A stretch of DNA of 64,000 nucleotides from Gemmatimonadota bacterium. Its GTDB lineage: Bacteria > Gemmatimonadota > Gemmatimonadetes > Gemmatimonadales > Gemmatimonadaceae. The stretch covers positions 19,794 to 83,793 of the forward strand of contig JBDTUA010000001.1 in NCBI GenBank assembly GCA_040007995.1, in the 5' to 3' direction. The translations under genes were made by a program, and so were the position numbers. Shown piece by piece: positions 35,941 through 45,418 of this stretch; the first letter of the stretch is position 1; each line of letters begins with the position of its first letter. Below the pieces are notes generated by a model that was not told the DNA's origin, did no database searches, and was given only the letters and a program-made list of their open reading frames with translations.

Positions 35941-37019
35941 ATCGTCCCGCCGGCATAGCGGCGTGGGACTCGTAGCCGCAGGCCGACCAGCAGTTCGTAG
36001 GGAGACAACTCCGCGCAACGCGCCACGCTATTCATGTCGAGCAGTTCGTCACCGTCACCCCCGATGAGCGTTGCCACATCGCCGACCGCGCACGGCACGT
36101 CAGTAACGTCCAGCATGGTCATGTCCATCGTCACCATGCCGGCAACCGACACACGTCGCCCATTCACCAGCGCCTCCCCGCGATTCCCTAGCGAGCGCCG
36201 GTAACCGTCTGCGTACCCGCAGGCGATCGTCGCAATGCGTCGCGGACCGTCGGCGCGATAGGTCGCCGAGTAGCTGACCGTATCGCCCGGGTGAATCGTG
36301 CGCAGCTCGACAATACGGGCACGCAAGGACGCCACGTGCACCGGTTGCACCGTCGAGCCCTCCTCGCCGCCGACCCCGTAGAGAAATACACCCGGCCGCA
36401 CGGCGCTCCACGGCGAGGGCGACTGGCGCTCGATGCTCGGACTGTTTTCGGCGTGCAGGAAAGCGATCTTGGCGCCAAGCGCGTCCAACGCCCCGCGAAA
36501 GCGACCTTGCTGCTCTTCCATCGACCCGTCGTTCCGCTCCGCGCTGTGGAAATGCGTGAAGGCGCCCGACGGTGGATGCGCCCGCACCAGCGCAGCGACG
36601 GTCGCGACCTCACGCCATGGAATCCCCGCCCGGTTCATCCCCGTGTCGATCGCCAGGTGCCAATCGCCCCCTCCACCCTCGATCCACGCCTGAATTGCGG
36701 CAGGATCGCCAAACGTCGGGACCAGTCCCAGACGACGAACCTCGCCGAATTCGTTCTGGAGCAAGGGCGTGAAGACGAGGATCGGGCGTCTGATCCCCGA
36801 CGCGCGCAGCGCCTCACCCTCGCGAACCGCCGCGATGCCGAAACCCCAGACATCGAGCGACTCGAGCGCGCGCGCTACCTCCACTGCGCCGAGTCCGTAG
36901 GCATCGGCCTTGACCATCGGGAGCAGGGGTCGGCCGGCGCGAGCGGCCATCGTACGGGCGTTCTGTCGTAACGCGCCGAGGTCGATGTCGAGCCAGGCGC
37001 GTCGCGTATCGGCTTCCAT
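35937..37019 (-). CDS. alr: Alanine racemase
   Basis: AWLDIDLGALRQNARTM...LPMVKADAYGLGA carries the PLP-lysine motif VKADAYG, followed by a C-terminal beta domain. Confidence 0.9.
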   Translation of the reverse strand: MEADTRRAWLDIDLGALRQNARTMAARAGRPLLPMVKADAYGLGAVEVARALESLDVWGFGIAAVREGEALRASGIRRPILVFTPLLQNEFGEVRRLGLVPTFGDPAAIQAWIEGGGGDWHLAIDTGMNRAGIPWREVATVAALVRAHPPSGAFTHFHSAERNDGSMEEQQGRFRGALDALGAKIAFLHAENSPSIERQSPSPWSAVRPGVFLYGVGGEEGSTVQPVHVASLRARIVELRTIHPGDTVSYSATYRADGPRRIATIACGYADGYRRSLGNRGEALVNGRRVSVAGMVTMDMTMLDVTDVPCAVGDVATLIGGDGDELLDMNSVARCAELSPYELLVGLRLRVPRRYAGGTI

Positions 37020-37066
37020 TGACCGTGGGCGGGCGGGGCGGGTAGTATAGACCGTCGGAGGACACT

Positions 37067-37864
37067 ATGCAAGCCAAAGCCACGCTTGAAGATACGCTCA
37101 CTCTCATGCGCGATCTGCGCGCCCGATGCGAGTGGGATGCCGCCCAGACTCACGAGTCGCTGCGCCCCTATCTCATCGAGGAAGCGCAGGAACTCGACGA
37201 CGCGATTCGTGAAGGCGACGTCCCCCACATGCGTGAGGAATTGGGCGACGTCCTGCTTCAGGTCCTCTTCCACTCCGTCGTCGCCGACGAGCGTGGCGAG
37301 TTCGACATTGGGGACGTGGCAAGCGGCTTGATCGCCAAGATGCACGCGCGACATCCCCATCTCTACGGCGACGGCGAGCATGTCGCGTGGGAATCGTTCA
37401 AGGCGCGCAAGCGCAGCTCGATCGAGGAGGGTCTTCCGGTGGGGCTCCCCGCCCTGCACCGCGCGCATCGACTGCAGGATCGCGCGGCGGGGGTCGGATT
37501 CGACTGGGACGACATCGACGGCCCCGCTGAAAAGGTTGCGGAAGAATTGCTCGAGGTTCGCGAGCAGATCGCCGCCACTCCGGTCCGTCGCTCCGAACAT
37601 GGCGCCCCGCAATACGACGCCTGGCACGCCGCCGTGGAAGAAGAGCTGGGCGACCTGCTCTTCTCGGTCGTGAATCTGTGTCGCAAGGCCGGCGTGCACG
37701 CGTCGCTCGCCCTCGACCAGGCGAATGCGAAGTTCTCACGTCGCTTCAGCGCGGTGGAACGGTTGGCCGCGGCGCGCGGCATCGTCGTCGCCACGGCCGG
37801 ACTGGCGGCGCTAGACGTCTTGTGGGACGAAGTGAAGGCGTCGGAGCGCGCGACCCCGGGATAG
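37067..37864 (+). CDS. mazG: Nucleoside triphosphate pyrophosphohydrolase MazG
   Basis: Tandem MazG domains: CEWDAAQTHESLRPYLIEEAQELDDAI...EELGDVLLQV and EELGDLLFSVVNL. The SD GGAGG lies 6 nt upstream of the ATG. The 274-aa minus-strand ORF 36875..37699 is its antisense shadow. Confidence 0.9.
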   Translation: MQAKATLEDTLTLMRDLRARCEWDAAQTHESLRPYLIEEAQELDDAIREGDVPHMREELGDVLLQVLFHSVVADERGEFDIGDVASGLIAKMHARHPHLYGDGEHVAWESFKARKRSSIEEGLPVGLPALHRAHRLQDRAAGVGFDWDDIDGPAEKVAEELLEVREQIAATPVRRSEHGAPQYDAWHAAVEEELGDLLFSVVNLCRKAGVHASLALDQANAKFSRRFSAVERLAAARGIVVATAGLAALDVLWDEVKASERATPG

Positions 37865-37917
37865 CACGCCCCGCGCGGCACTCGGCATCTCGCGGAGCGG
37901 TGCGCCCTCCGGAGCAC

Positions 37918-38460
37918 CTACTCGACGTCGCTGCGCCCGTCGCCGAGGAATGTCGGTCGTGCGAGTCCGCCAAGATCTTCGTAGAAGCGGACCTCGCCGG
38001 GCGCGTGCAGTTTTGCCAGCAGGATGATCTGTCCGACGTGGCCCGAGAAGTGTTCCACCACGTGGAAGATCGCCGATAGTACGGTGGTGTCGCGTCCCTG
38101 GATGCGTCGGGATTCGCCTAACGACTCCGGCGTGAGGCGCGCCAGCACGGCATCCACCTCGCTGAGCGCCTTCTCCAGGTGCTCGAGCAGGTCGGCGGCA
38201 TCCATCCCCCCCGACGCGGCGAATTCAGTGTCGCGCTCGCGGGTGTCGGCGGCACCGCCGATCCCGCTCACGACCCACTGCCGGACATTTCCGACCAGGT
38301 GCAGGACGAGATTTCCCGCGCTGTTCGACTCGGAGTTGGCGCGCCACCAGATCCGGTCGGCGGGAAAGGCGAGGATTGCCGACCGGACCTTCGCCGGATA
38401 CTCGAGGCCGAGGTAGTAGCGGGAACGTTCGATGAAGCGCGCGGCGGGATCGAAGCTCAC
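37918..38460 (-). CDS. DinB-superfamily protein
   Basis: NLVLHLVGNVRQWV... and ...IFHVVEHFSGHVGQIILL are the metal-binding His motifs of DinB/YfiT-like four-helix bundles. GTG 38460 forms a GTGA overlap with the asnS stop. Confidence 0.75.
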   Translation of the reverse strand: MSFDPAARFIERSRYYLGLEYPAKVRSAILAFPADRIWWRANSESNSAGNLVLHLVGNVRQWVVSGIGGAADTRERDTEFAASGGMDAADLLEHLEKALSEVDAVLARLTPESLGESRRIQGRDTTVLSAIFHVVEHFSGHVGQIILLAKLHAPGEVRFYEDLGGLARPTFLGDGRSDVE

Positions 38461-39758
38461 GGATAGAGTCGGTGCATCATGCGTGGGAAGGCAATGCACT
38501 CGCGAATGTGCGGAGTGCCGCAGATCCACGCGACCGTACGCTCGAGCCCGATGCCGAAGCCGGAGTGCACAAAGGTCCCATATTTCCGAAGATCGAGGTA
38601 CCAGCCGTACGCGTCGACCGGAAGGCCCTCCTCGTGAATGCGCTGCAGGAGCTTGTCGTAGTCGTCCTCGCGCTGCGACCCGCCGATGATCTCACCGTAG
38701 CCTTCCGGGGCAAGACAATCGTCACACAGCACCGTCCGCGGGTCGTCGGGATTTTCCTTCATGTAGAACGCTTTCGCCCCCTTCGGGTAGTTGCAGACGA
38801 AGATCGGCGATGCGCCGTCGCCCACCAACAGCGCCTCGTCCTCGGCGCCCAGGTCATCGCCCCACACGATCGCGCTTCCGAGAGACTGCAGCGTGGTGAC
38901 GGCATCTCCGTAGTCGATGCGGGGGAATGGTGAGACGACCTGCTGCAGCTTCGTCACATCGCGCTCCAGCTCCGCCAGCTCGGCGGAGCGGCGCGCCAGG
39001 ACCCGCTGCACGATGTAGCTGACCAGCTCTTCCTGCAGCCGCATGTTATCGTGCGTATCGTAGAATGCCATCTCAGGCTCGATCATCCAGAACTCGGTCA
39101 AGTGGCGCCGCGTCTTGGACTTCTCCGCGCGGAATGTCGGTCCGAAGGTGTAAATCCGCCCGAGCGCCGCCGCCGCGGCCTCACCATACAGCTGACCCGT
39201 TTGCGCCAGATACGCACTGCCTTCGTCGAAATACTCCGTGGAGAACAGTCCCGACCGCTCGCCAATCGCCGCGGTCAGAATTGGTGTATCGACGTGGATA
39301 AAGTCGCGCTCGTAGAAGAAGTCGTGGATGGACTGCTCGACCTCGTGACGGATGCGAAGAATGGCGACCTGACGCGGGGCCCGCAGCCAGAGGTGCCGCC
39401 GGTCGAGGAGGAAATCGATCCCGTGTTCCTTGGGCTGGATCGGATAGTCTACCGGGGACGCCCCGAGAATCTCGACATTGGTGACCCCCATCTCATGTCC
39501 GCCCGGGGCGCGCGCTTCGGCACGAACTTCGCCGGTCACGGCTACGCTGGTCTCTTGCGTGAGGTCGGCAAAACGGGCCCACACGACGGGATCCAGCTGG
39601 TTCTTCACCAGGACGCATTGCAGGATGCCCGTACCATCGCGCAGCACGATGAACGCGACCTTGCCGGACGATCGCAGGTGAGTCACCCATCCGCGCACGG
39701 TGACCTGCTGTCCCACGTGCTGTGGGAGCGACGAAATGATAGCGTTCAGTGTGGACAC
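38457..39758 (-). CDS. asnS: Asparagine--tRNA ligase
   Basis: An OB anticodon domain (VTVRGWVTHLRSSGKVAFIVLRDGTG) and class II motifs (FGPTFRAEKSKTRRHLTEFWMIEPEMAF, GGSQRE, GFGIGLERTV). I chose GTG 39758 (VSTLNAII), giving 433 aa. The 590-aa track ORF has an Arg-rich extension. Confidence 0.85.
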   Translation of the reverse strand: MSTLNAIISSLPQHVGQQVTVRGWVTHLRSSGKVAFIVLRDGTGILQCVLVKNQLDPVVWARFADLTQETSVAVTGEVRAEARAPGGHEMGVTNVEILGASPVDYPIQPKEHGIDFLLDRRHLWLRAPRQVAILRIRHEVEQSIHDFFYERDFIHVDTPILTAAIGERSGLFSTEYFDEGSAYLAQTGQLYGEAAAAALGRIYTFGPTFRAEKSKTRRHLTEFWMIEPEMAFYDTHDNMRLQEELVSYIVQRVLARRSAELAELERDVTKLQQVVSPFPRIDYGDAVTTLQSLGSAIVWGDDLGAEDEALLVGDGASPIFVCNYPKGAKAFYMKENPDDPRTVLCDDCLAPEGYGEIIGGSQREDDYDKLLQRIHEEGLPVDAYGWYLDLRKYGTFVHSGFGIGLERTVAWICGTPHIRECIAFPRMMHRLYP

Positions 39759-40006
39759 GAGACGGGGCAAGGGGATACGATGAGCGGCGAAAGCTACGAA
39801 CGCTCCAGAAGGCGTGCAACGGACGCAACCGGCGGCGGGAACATTCCGTCGTGTGGTTGCGCGTCTTTGTGTGCTCGAATCCCCGTCGAGGCCTCCCATC
39901 ATGTCGCGCACGCCGTTCGACTCGCCGGGCCGATGATCGCGGCGCGAGCGCCGCATTCCGTGACATCGCGCGACACGCTCGGTCGCGTCCGGGAGACGGG
40001 CCTGTG

Positions 40007-41497
40007 ATGCTGCGCACGCGCCTGGCGCTCGGCATCGGCGGGATCGTGGCGCTGATGCTCGTGCCGGTGATCCTGTCGATCGCGTCGATGCTCGAGGTCC
40101 GGGACGACACCGTGAGCATCCGAGACGTTGAGTTCCGCGCGGCTGTGGTCCTCGGCAAGGTGCGCGCGGCCGTGCAGGAGCTCGACCAGACCAAGGACTA
40201 CTTGTCGATCCTTCCGGAGGAGACGACACGGACGCAGTTCAACCAGCGATTGGCAACGGTTCGCGCCCTCGTCGACTCGCTCGGCGCGGTGCGCGGCATG
40301 ACGGCGATCAGCCGGGTCCGAGGCTCGCTCGACATCATCGGCGAGGAGTCGGAGCGTGCACACCAACTTGCGGCAGCGGGTCGCGCGTCGATCGCCGACT
40401 CGGTCATCGATCGCATGATCACGCCGGCCATCGACAACATCGAGCGTATCATCATCCTCTCGGAGCAGTCGTTGCAGGACCGCACGCGCGAGCGGGTCAA
40501 TGACATCGCCGAGGCCTCCGTCCACTCGCGGAACACGTCGATCGAGCTGCTCGGGGCAGCCGCGATCCTTGCCGTCCTGATCGGCCTCTGGCTCACGCAA
40601 TCCGTTTCGCGACCGATCAATGAGCTGGACGCCGGCATGCGCGCGGTCGCCGAGGGCGACTTCGGGCACCCGTTGCAGCTCGCGCCCCAGCGGCGGGACG
40701 AATTTGGACGGCTGGCCAAGTCCTACAACTCGATGGCCACCCAGTTACGTGAACTCGATCGGCTCAAGGCGGAATTCATCTCGGTCGCCTCGCACGAACT
40801 CAAGACGCCGATCAACGTCGTCATGGGATACCTGCAGCTCCTTCAGGACAACGTCTACGGCGAGCTCAACACGCGGCAGCGAGAGATCATCGGGACGCTG
40901 ACGGCGCAGAGCAAGTCGCTCTCCCGACTCGTCCGTCAGCTGCTCGACGTCTCGCGCTTCGAGGCAGGTGGCGGCAAGGTCGAGCCGCGCGCCTTCCCGC
41001 TCCCCGCCTTCCTCGGCGACTTGGAGCGCACGTTCCGGGTGCTGGCCATCCAGCGGAACGTCGCCCTCGTGGTGACGCGCGGACCCGAACTCCCCGCGGA
41101 AGTGCGATGGGATCCCGAGCGGATCAACGAGGTGCTCGGTAACCTCCTGTCCAACGCCTTCAAGTTCACGCCGAGCGGCGGGCGCGTCTCGCTCGAGGTC
41201 GATCGTCAGCGAGACGGGGTCACGATGCGCGTGAAGGACACCGGCGCAGGGATCCCGGCAACCGAAGTGGCGTATGTGTTCGAGAAGTTCTACCAGGCCG
41301 ACAACCAGACGACCGGCATCAAGGGGACCGGGCTTGGTCTCGCGATCGCCAAGGGGATCGTCACTGCGCACGGCGGAACGATCGGCGTCGAGAGCGTCGT
41401 GGGAATCGGGACGACGTTTACGCTGCACCTGCCGGTGCAATCGTCGGCCACACGGCTCGCACCCTTTCACCCGCCCGAGGAGGCGACGGTCGCATGA
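40007..41497 (+). CDS. Sensor histidine kinase (two TM helices, periplasmic helical domain, HAMP, HisKA, HATPase_c)
   Basis: The start is MLRTRLALGIGGIVALMLVPV. It has a HAMP domain (SRPINELDAGMRAVAEGDFG), an H-box (SHELKTPIN), an N-box (LGNLLSNAFKFT) and G-boxes (DTGAGIP, GTGLGLAI). Confidence 0.85.
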   Translation: MLRTRLALGIGGIVALMLVPVILSIASMLEVRDDTVSIRDVEFRAAVVLGKVRAAVQELDQTKDYLSILPEETTRTQFNQRLATVRALVDSLGAVRGMTAISRVRGSLDIIGEESERAHQLAAAGRASIADSVIDRMITPAIDNIERIIILSEQSLQDRTRERVNDIAEASVHSRNTSIELLGAAAILAVLIGLWLTQSVSRPINELDAGMRAVAEGDFGHPLQLAPQRRDEFGRLAKSYNSMATQLRELDRLKAEFISVASHELKTPINVVMGYLQLLQDNVYGELNTRQREIIGTLTAQSKSLSRLVRQLLDVSRFEAGGGKVEPRAFPLPAFLGDLERTFRVLAIQRNVALVVTRGPELPAEVRWDPERINEVLGNLLSNAFKFTPSGGRVSLEVDRQRDGVTMRVKDTGAGIPATEVAYVFEKFYQADNQTTGIKGTGLGLAIAKGIVTAHGGTIGVESVVGIGTTFTLHLPVQSSATRLAPFHPPEEATVA

Positions 41498-42087
41498 AGC
41501 AAGTCACTCTCCGCCGCCGCGCCCATCGCTGGCGACGAGCAGCGACACTGCTGGGACTCGTAGCGGGCCCGCTCGCGGTCGGCTGCCGACGCGCGCCGCC
41601 CGCTCCTCTCCCCGCCCCGATCGTACAGCTTATTGCCGCTCCCCCCGCACCGATTTCGCCGTGGCCCGGCACCCTGGCCACCGCGTTGCGCGCCGCCGAG
41701 AGCGGGCGGTTCGCCGAATCGGAGCGAATTCTCACCGACTTCGGGCTTGCCAACCCAGCGACGCCGGAAGGGGCGGAAAGCGATTTCTGGCGCGCCTTGT
41801 TGAAGACGGATCCCGCCAACCGCGCGGTGACGCCGCGCGAATCGATGGCGCTGTACGACTCCTATCTCAGTGGCGGTACGTCGCAGCCACGCTACGCCGA
41901 AGCGTTGATCCTGCGACGAGTCGTGGAGTCGATGGACTCGACGCGCGCGCTGCTGGCAACGGTGCGTGCCTCAGCCGACGCGCGCGAGAAATCGCGCGAC
42001 GAGGAGATCCGCCGACTGAACGATGTCGTCGACCGGACGACGGCCGAGCTGGAACGCATCAAGCGCCGGCTGATTCCGAAGCCGTAG
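41494..42087 (+). CDS. Hypothetical lipoprotein with a C-terminal coiled-coil, translationally coupled to the kinase
   Basis: ATGA overlap with the kinase stop. It has a lipobox-like LVAGPLAVGC and a C-terminal ...REKSRDEEIRRLNDVVDRTTAELERIKRRL. I recognise no family. Confidence 0.5.
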   Translation: MKQVTLRRRAHRWRRAATLLGLVAGPLAVGCRRAPPAPLPAPIVQLIAAPPAPISPWPGTLATALRAAESGRFAESERILTDFGLANPATPEGAESDFWRALLKTDPANRAVTPRESMALYDSYLSGGTSQPRYAEALILRRVVESMDSTRALLATVRASADAREKSRDEEIRRLNDVVDRTTAELERIKRRLIPKP

Positions 42088-42240
42088 CCGCCAGCACGCC
42101 GCAGCTAGCCTGGCGCCGTTCCGCGTGACGCCGTTCCATGGCGCGGCGCACCTCGTGCCACCTCGTACGAACTCCCCCGCATCTGCCGCCGATCGATGGC
42201 CAGACACGACGTCGCAAATCCAGTGCGTGTCGCCGACCCA

Positions 42241-44343
42241 CTAGCCGACCCGAAAAAGCTCGAGGGCGCGTGCATAACGCGAGCGAAGCACGGTGCGGAT
42301 GCCGGCGTGCTCCGGGTGCGTGAGGTCTGCGTCGTTGTCGAGGAGTCGTTGTGCGACGTCGCGGGCGCGCTCGTTGAGTGCCTCGTCGCGCAGCGGATCG
42401 GCGATCGTGAACGTCGGCTCGCCGCTCTGCTTCTGCCCGAAGAGGTCTCCCATGCCCCGCAGGCGCAGGTCGGCGCGTGCGATCTCGAATCCATCCTCGG
42501 TCGACGTGAAGAGGACGAGGCGCTCGTGCGACTCCTGGCCCACGTCGCCCAGCAGGATGCAGAACGACTCCTCCGCCCCGCGTCCGACACGTCCACGGAG
42601 CTGGTGCAGCTGCGATAGGCCAAAGCGTTCCGGGTGTTCGATCAGCATGACGGTCGCGTTCGCGACGTCGATCCCCACCTCGATCACCGTGGTCGCGACG
42701 AGGACGTCGATCGTGCCGTCGCGGAACTGCCGCATGATCTGGTCGCGCTCGTCCGTCGGCAGTCGCCCATGCAGTAGCGCGACCCGCCGCTCGGCGAAGA
42801 CGCTCCCGGCAAGCTCGGCGTGCATCGTGGTCGCCGCCTTGAGGTCGGTCTTCTCCGATTCCTCGATGACGGGATAGACAATATACGCCTGGCGCCCCTT
42901 CGCGACCTGCGCATCGACGAACTGCAGCACTCGCTCGCGCGCCGAGTCCGGGCGCAGCGCACTGGTGATCGGCTTGCGTCCAGGCGGCCGCTCGTCGAGG
43001 ATCGAAACGTCGAGGTCGCCGTAGGCGGTGAGGGCCAACGAGCGCGGGATCGGCGTCGCGCTCATGAGCAGGACGTCCGGGCCATCGCCCTTCGCGCCTA
43101 ACGCCGCGCGCTGCTCGACCCCGAATCGGTGCTGCTCGTCGATCGCCACGAAGCCCAGGCGCCCGAACTGCGTTCGCTCCTGCACGAGCGCATGAGTGCC
43201 CACCGCCACGAGCGGCGCGGTGGAGGAAAGGCGCTCGTCGATCCGACGACGGTCGGCCGCCCCCAAGCTCCCCGTGACCAGGATCGGACGCATGCCTAAC
43301 GGCTCGAGCAGCGTGTCGAGCGTGCGGCCGTGTTGTTCCGCCAGCAGCTCGGTCGGGGCCATGATCGCCGCCTGGTACCCGTTCTCCACCGCCAGGAGCG
43401 CCGCGAAGAGCGCAACGACTGTCTTGCCGCTCCCCACGTCGCCTTGCAGCAGTCGGTGCATGCGATGCGGCGAGCACATGTCGGCGGCGATCTCGCGAAG
43501 CGCTCGCGCCTGTGCCCCGGTCAGCGCGAACGGGAGCGTGGTCTTCAGCCGCGTCGTGAGGGTCCGCCGCGCCGTGAAGATGATGCCGCGACGGGGCGCG
43601 CGGGCCAGCGCGTTCGCGCGGCGGTGCAGCAGCTGGACGAACAGCAGCTCGTCAAACGCCAGCCGGTCGCGCCCCTGCTCTGCCTCCTGCACCGACGACG
43701 GCCGATGCACCATGCGTAGCGCCTCATCGATGGGCGCCACGCCGGCCTCGGCGAGGACGCGCGCTGGGAGGTACTCCTGTACCAGCGCGATCAACGCGTT
43801 CAGGTGCTGCTCGATGATCGCGCGCAGCTGCCGGGCAGTCATCCCCTCGGTGGCGGGATAGACCGACAGGACCCGCCCTTGCGCACTGCCAGAGTCCTCG
43901 GCACCGAGGTTCACGAACTCGCGGGGTTGCAGCTGCCGGCCGTGATAGAAGCGCACCGGCCCGGTCAGCAGGAGGACGTCCCCCTTCTCGATCGAGCGGT
44001 CGAGGAAGGGCTGGCCTGGCCACGACACCTCGATCATTCCACTGCTATCCTGCACGACCGCTTGGAAGATCCGCAGTCCTTTCCGCGTGGGGATCACGCC
44101 CTTGGAGATCACCCGCCCCATCACCGTCACGTCCATCCCCGGCGCGAGCACGACAATCGCCGTGATCGTGCTCGCGTCCTCGTACCGGTGCGGCACGTGG
44201 CGCAGCAGGTCACCCGCGGTCTCGACGCCCAGCTTGCGCAGCAGCTGTGCGCGCCGCTCCCCGACACCCTTGAGGAACTGCACGGGCATCTCGAGCGTAA
44301 TGCGTGGCGCGGTGGCGAATCGGTCATCGCGGCGCACGGCCAC
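42241..44343 (-). CDS. recG: ATP-dependent DNA helicase RecG
   Basis: The wedge/OB N-terminus is followed by helicase motifs (LLQGDVGSGKTVVA, DEQHRFG, LMSATPIPRS, QLHQLRGRVGRG). Confidence 0.95.
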   Translation of the reverse strand: MAVRRDDRFATAPRITLEMPVQFLKGVGERRAQLLRKLGVETAGDLLRHVPHRYEDASTITAIVVLAPGMDVTVMGRVISKGVIPTRKGLRIFQAVVQDSSGMIEVSWPGQPFLDRSIEKGDVLLLTGPVRFYHGRQLQPREFVNLGAEDSGSAQGRVLSVYPATEGMTARQLRAIIEQHLNALIALVQEYLPARVLAEAGVAPIDEALRMVHRPSSVQEAEQGRDRLAFDELLFVQLLHRRANALARAPRRGIIFTARRTLTTRLKTTLPFALTGAQARALREIAADMCSPHRMHRLLQGDVGSGKTVVALFAALLAVENGYQAAIMAPTELLAEQHGRTLDTLLEPLGMRPILVTGSLGAADRRRIDERLSSTAPLVAVGTHALVQERTQFGRLGFVAIDEQHRFGVEQRAALGAKGDGPDVLLMSATPIPRSLALTAYGDLDVSILDERPPGRKPITSALRPDSARERVLQFVDAQVAKGRQAYIVYPVIEESEKTDLKAATTMHAELAGSVFAERRVALLHGRLPTDERDQIMRQFRDGTIDVLVATTVIEVGIDVANATVMLIEHPERFGLSQLHQLRGRVGRGAEESFCILLGDVGQESHERLVLFTSTEDGFEIARADLRLRGMGDLFGQKQSGEPTFTIADPLRDEALNERARDVAQRLLDNDADLTHPEHAGIRTVLRSRYARALELFRVG

Positions 44344-44412
44344 GGAATCCTCCGCAGTGATGGACAGCGCGACGGCGCGCCTCCCGGGCGATGGCGCGTG
44401 CCCGTTGGTCTC

Positions 44413-45345
44413 CTACTCTTCCAGCAATTGCCGCGCGAAGACGCTCGCGTCGAAGGGCTCGAGGTCCCCCACCTGCTCGCCCACACCAATGAACTTGACC
44501 GGCACGTCGAGGGCTTCGTGGACGGCCACCACGATCCCGCCACGGGCCGTCCCGTCGAGCTTCGTCACCACGAGGCCAGTCACCGGCACCGCCGCGGAGA
44601 AAGTGCGTGCCTGCGCGACGGCGTTCTGGCCGATCGTCCCGTCGAGCACGAGGAGTGTCTCGTGGGGCGCCTCGGGCATTCGACGCTTGATGACACGCGC
44701 CACCTTCTTCAGCTCCTCCATGAGGCTCTCGCTCGTGTGAAGCCGTCCGGCCGTGTCCACAATCACAACATCGACGCCCCGCGTCACGCCCGCGTCAATT
44801 GCGTCAAAGGCGACCGCCGCGGGATCGCCCCCGGCCTTGCCACCGACAAACTCCGCCCCCGTCCGCTCGGCCCAGATGCGCAGCTGGTCGATCGCCGCCG
44901 CGCGAAACGTGTCGCCCGCGGCCACGACCACCCGCTTGCCCTGGTCGCGAAAGCGCGCGGCGAGTTTGCCGATAAACGTCGTCTTTCCCGCCCCATTCAC
45001 GCCGATGATCAGGATGACGGTCGGGCCGCTGTGCGCGGTGAGGAGAGCAGGGTCGGAGTTGCCCTGCCGCAGCGCCGACTCGACCCCCGTGCGCAGCGAT
45101 TCGAGAAACTCATCATGCGACTTCACCTTGCCGCGCTGAGCCAGACGGTCGACGTCGGCCACCAGCCGTAACGTAGTGGCGACGCCGAAGTCCGCCTCGA
45201 GCAGCAGTTCCTCGATCTGCTCCAGCGACCCCTCGCGCGACCCCTTGCGCACCAGCGCGCCGACGTCCGTGAGGGCGATATCCTTGATGCGCTGCCAGAG
45301 CGACCGCTTGGGGAGGTCGTCGGAGCGCTTGAAAAGCCTGGCCAT
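44413..45345 (-). CDS. ftsY: Signal recognition particle receptor FtsY
   Basis: The NG domain has [36 protein letters not shown] and [10 protein letters not shown]. The start is MARLFKRS (45345). Confidence 0.9.
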   Translation of the reverse strand: MARLFKRSDDLPKRSLWQRIKDIALTDVGALVRKGSREGSLEQIEELLLEADFGVATTLRLVADVDRLAQRGKVKSHDEFLESLRTGVESALRQGNSDPALLTAHSGPTVILIIGVNGAGKTTFIGKLAARFRDQGKRVVVAAGDTFRAAAIDQLRIWAERTGAEFVGGKAGGDPAAVAFDAIDAGVTRGVDVVIVDTAGRLHTSESLMEELKKVARVIKRRMPEAPHETLLVLDGTIGQNAVAQARTFSAAVPVTGLVVTKLDGTARGGIVVAVHEALDVPVKFIGVGEQVGDLEPFDASVFARQLLEE

Positions 45346-45418
45346 GCGTGAAACTAGCGCCTCGTCGCGCCCCTCGGCGCTTCTCCTCTGAGAGCGGCGC
45401 GGCGCGACCGAGCGTCTC

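Noticed and set aside
36875-37699. 274-aa minus-strand ORF overlapping mazG.
   Set aside because: The + strand frame shows tandem MazG motifs and a good SD. The minus-strand frame has no recognisable features.
42088-42240. Convergent spacer between the lipoprotein gene and recG, considered as a bidirectional terminator.
   Set aside because: It has only short stems (GACACG-N17-CGTGTC, and GCGCCG...CGGCGC with a repeated GCCGTTCC) and no U/A tracts. This is too weak to call.
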